In this document: one piece after another, positions 62,088 to 63,002 of the stretch
How the letters are laid out: every line of letters begins with the position of its first letter
How positions within the stretch are numbered: the first letter of the stretch is position 1
NCBI GenBank assembly: GCA_051117555.1
Contig: JBNPEG010000028.1
Coordinates: 1-63,002 of the forward strand
Direction of reading: 5' to 3'
DNA from: Elainellaceae cyanobacterium
GTDB lineage: Bacteria; Cyanobacteriota; Cyanobacteriia; CAZCXK01
DNA length: 63,002 nucleotides
Made by a program: the position numbers and the translations under genes
Notes under the pieces: model-generated
Told to the model about the DNA's origin: nothing
The model's input: only the letters and a program-made list of their open reading frames with translations
Databases searched by the model: none

Positions 62088-62843
62088 GTGACTGAGCAGA
62101 GAAGAATTTTCATCGGTGATGTTCATGGTCATTATGATGGACTGATGAAACTGATGGATGCGATCGCCCCCAAGCCAGACGACCATGTCTATTTTTTGGG
62201 TGATTTGATTGATCGAGGCCCTAAAAGTGCTCAAGTGATTAGCTTTGTTCGGCAGAGTGGTCACAATTGTTTGCTTGGCAATCATGAGCAACTTTTACTC
62301 GATGCTTTTCCCAATGGAAAAGTCCATCCACCCGCGTTGCAGGCGTGGCTGTATAGCGGTGGACAGACCACGGTCGCAAGCTACGATAACCCTGAATGCC
62401 TTCTAGAACAACTCGAATGGATACGTTCGTTGCCAACTCATCTGGATTTGGGCGACGTGTGGTTGGCTCATGCAGGCGTTCATCCCGGATTAGAACTCGA
62501 CGCTCAAACCGTTCAAGAATATTGCTGGATTCGAGAACCCTTTCATAGCTCGATGAAGCCCTACTTCCCGGACAAGCTGATCATTACCGGACACACCATC
62601 ACCTTCACGTTGCCCGGTGTCATGCCAGGGGCGATCGCCCGAGGGCGAGGATGGCTTGGCATCGACACAGGTGCATACCATCCTAAAAGCGGCTGGCTCA
62701 CTGCCTTAGATCTAGAAAATCGACACGTTCATCAAGTCAACGTGATTGATCTACAACTGCGCACTCTTCCCCTGGAGGAAGCCGTCACCGACGTTGACCC
62801 GGAAGCCGTCATGGCTCGCCGCCGCTATCTACTTCAGCTTTAG
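62088..62843 (+). CDS. Metallophosphoesterase (Ser/Thr protein phosphatase family)
   Basis: IGDVHG, LGDLIDRGP, GNHE, GHT, IDTGA. Confidence 0.92.
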   Translation: MTEQRRIFIGDVHGHYDGLMKLMDAIAPKPDDHVYFLGDLIDRGPKSAQVISFVRQSGHNCLLGNHEQLLLDAFPNGKVHPPALQAWLYSGGQTTVASYDNPECLLEQLEWIRSLPTHLDLGDVWLAHAGVHPGLELDAQTVQEYCWIREPFHSSMKPYFPDKLIITGHTITFTLPGVMPGAIARGRGWLGIDTGAYHPKSGWLTALDLENRHVHQVNVIDLQLRTLPLEEAVTDVDPEAVMARRRYLLQL

Positions 62844-63002
62844 CTTTCGGGAGTTCTCTAAAGCTAGGAACATCTCAGTAGATACTGTTTAGGCCACTGT
62901 AGGTCAAGTGTTGTGTGGGACTAATTTAGCCGAGTCAAATTTTTCCCCTGAAGACAAGACACCGTATATGATTCGGATGAGTTTGTGCATGACGGCACCG
63001 AC

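Overview
A 63 kb window of a cyanobacterial chromosome. Evidence: abundant HIP1 octamer GCGATCGC, psb27, opcA, ggpS/gghA, and cyanobacterial-type small dispersed repeats. Bases 1-5.7 kb are the right end of a visibly GC-richer accessory/defence island: a DUF2281-like antitoxin, a broken PIN toxin, an MNT-HEPN pair, and a 1418-aa PLD-nuclease/Ig-like/SNF2-helicase fusion. The rest is mostly core genes: ppx, ubiA, aroH, sppA, fbp-zwf-opcA, moxR, ribF, surE, pheS, ubiC, psb27, add, purA, rplY, gpsA-ggpS/gghA, SRP RNA and thiD. Interspersed are a copper amine oxidase with a textbook NtcA-type promoter, a glxBCD/mgsABC-like (N-methylglutamate synthase) operon, a hotspot of nested palindromic repeats with a 21-bp tandem array, two pairs of MITE-like elements, and two small ORFs (one absent from the ORF track, one embedded in a longer track ORF). 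The strongest leads are a possible methylamine/alkylamine nitrogen-scavenging route in a cyanobacterium and the nuclease-helicase with an embedded Ig-like domain. All calls come from motif recognition by eye; no searches were run.
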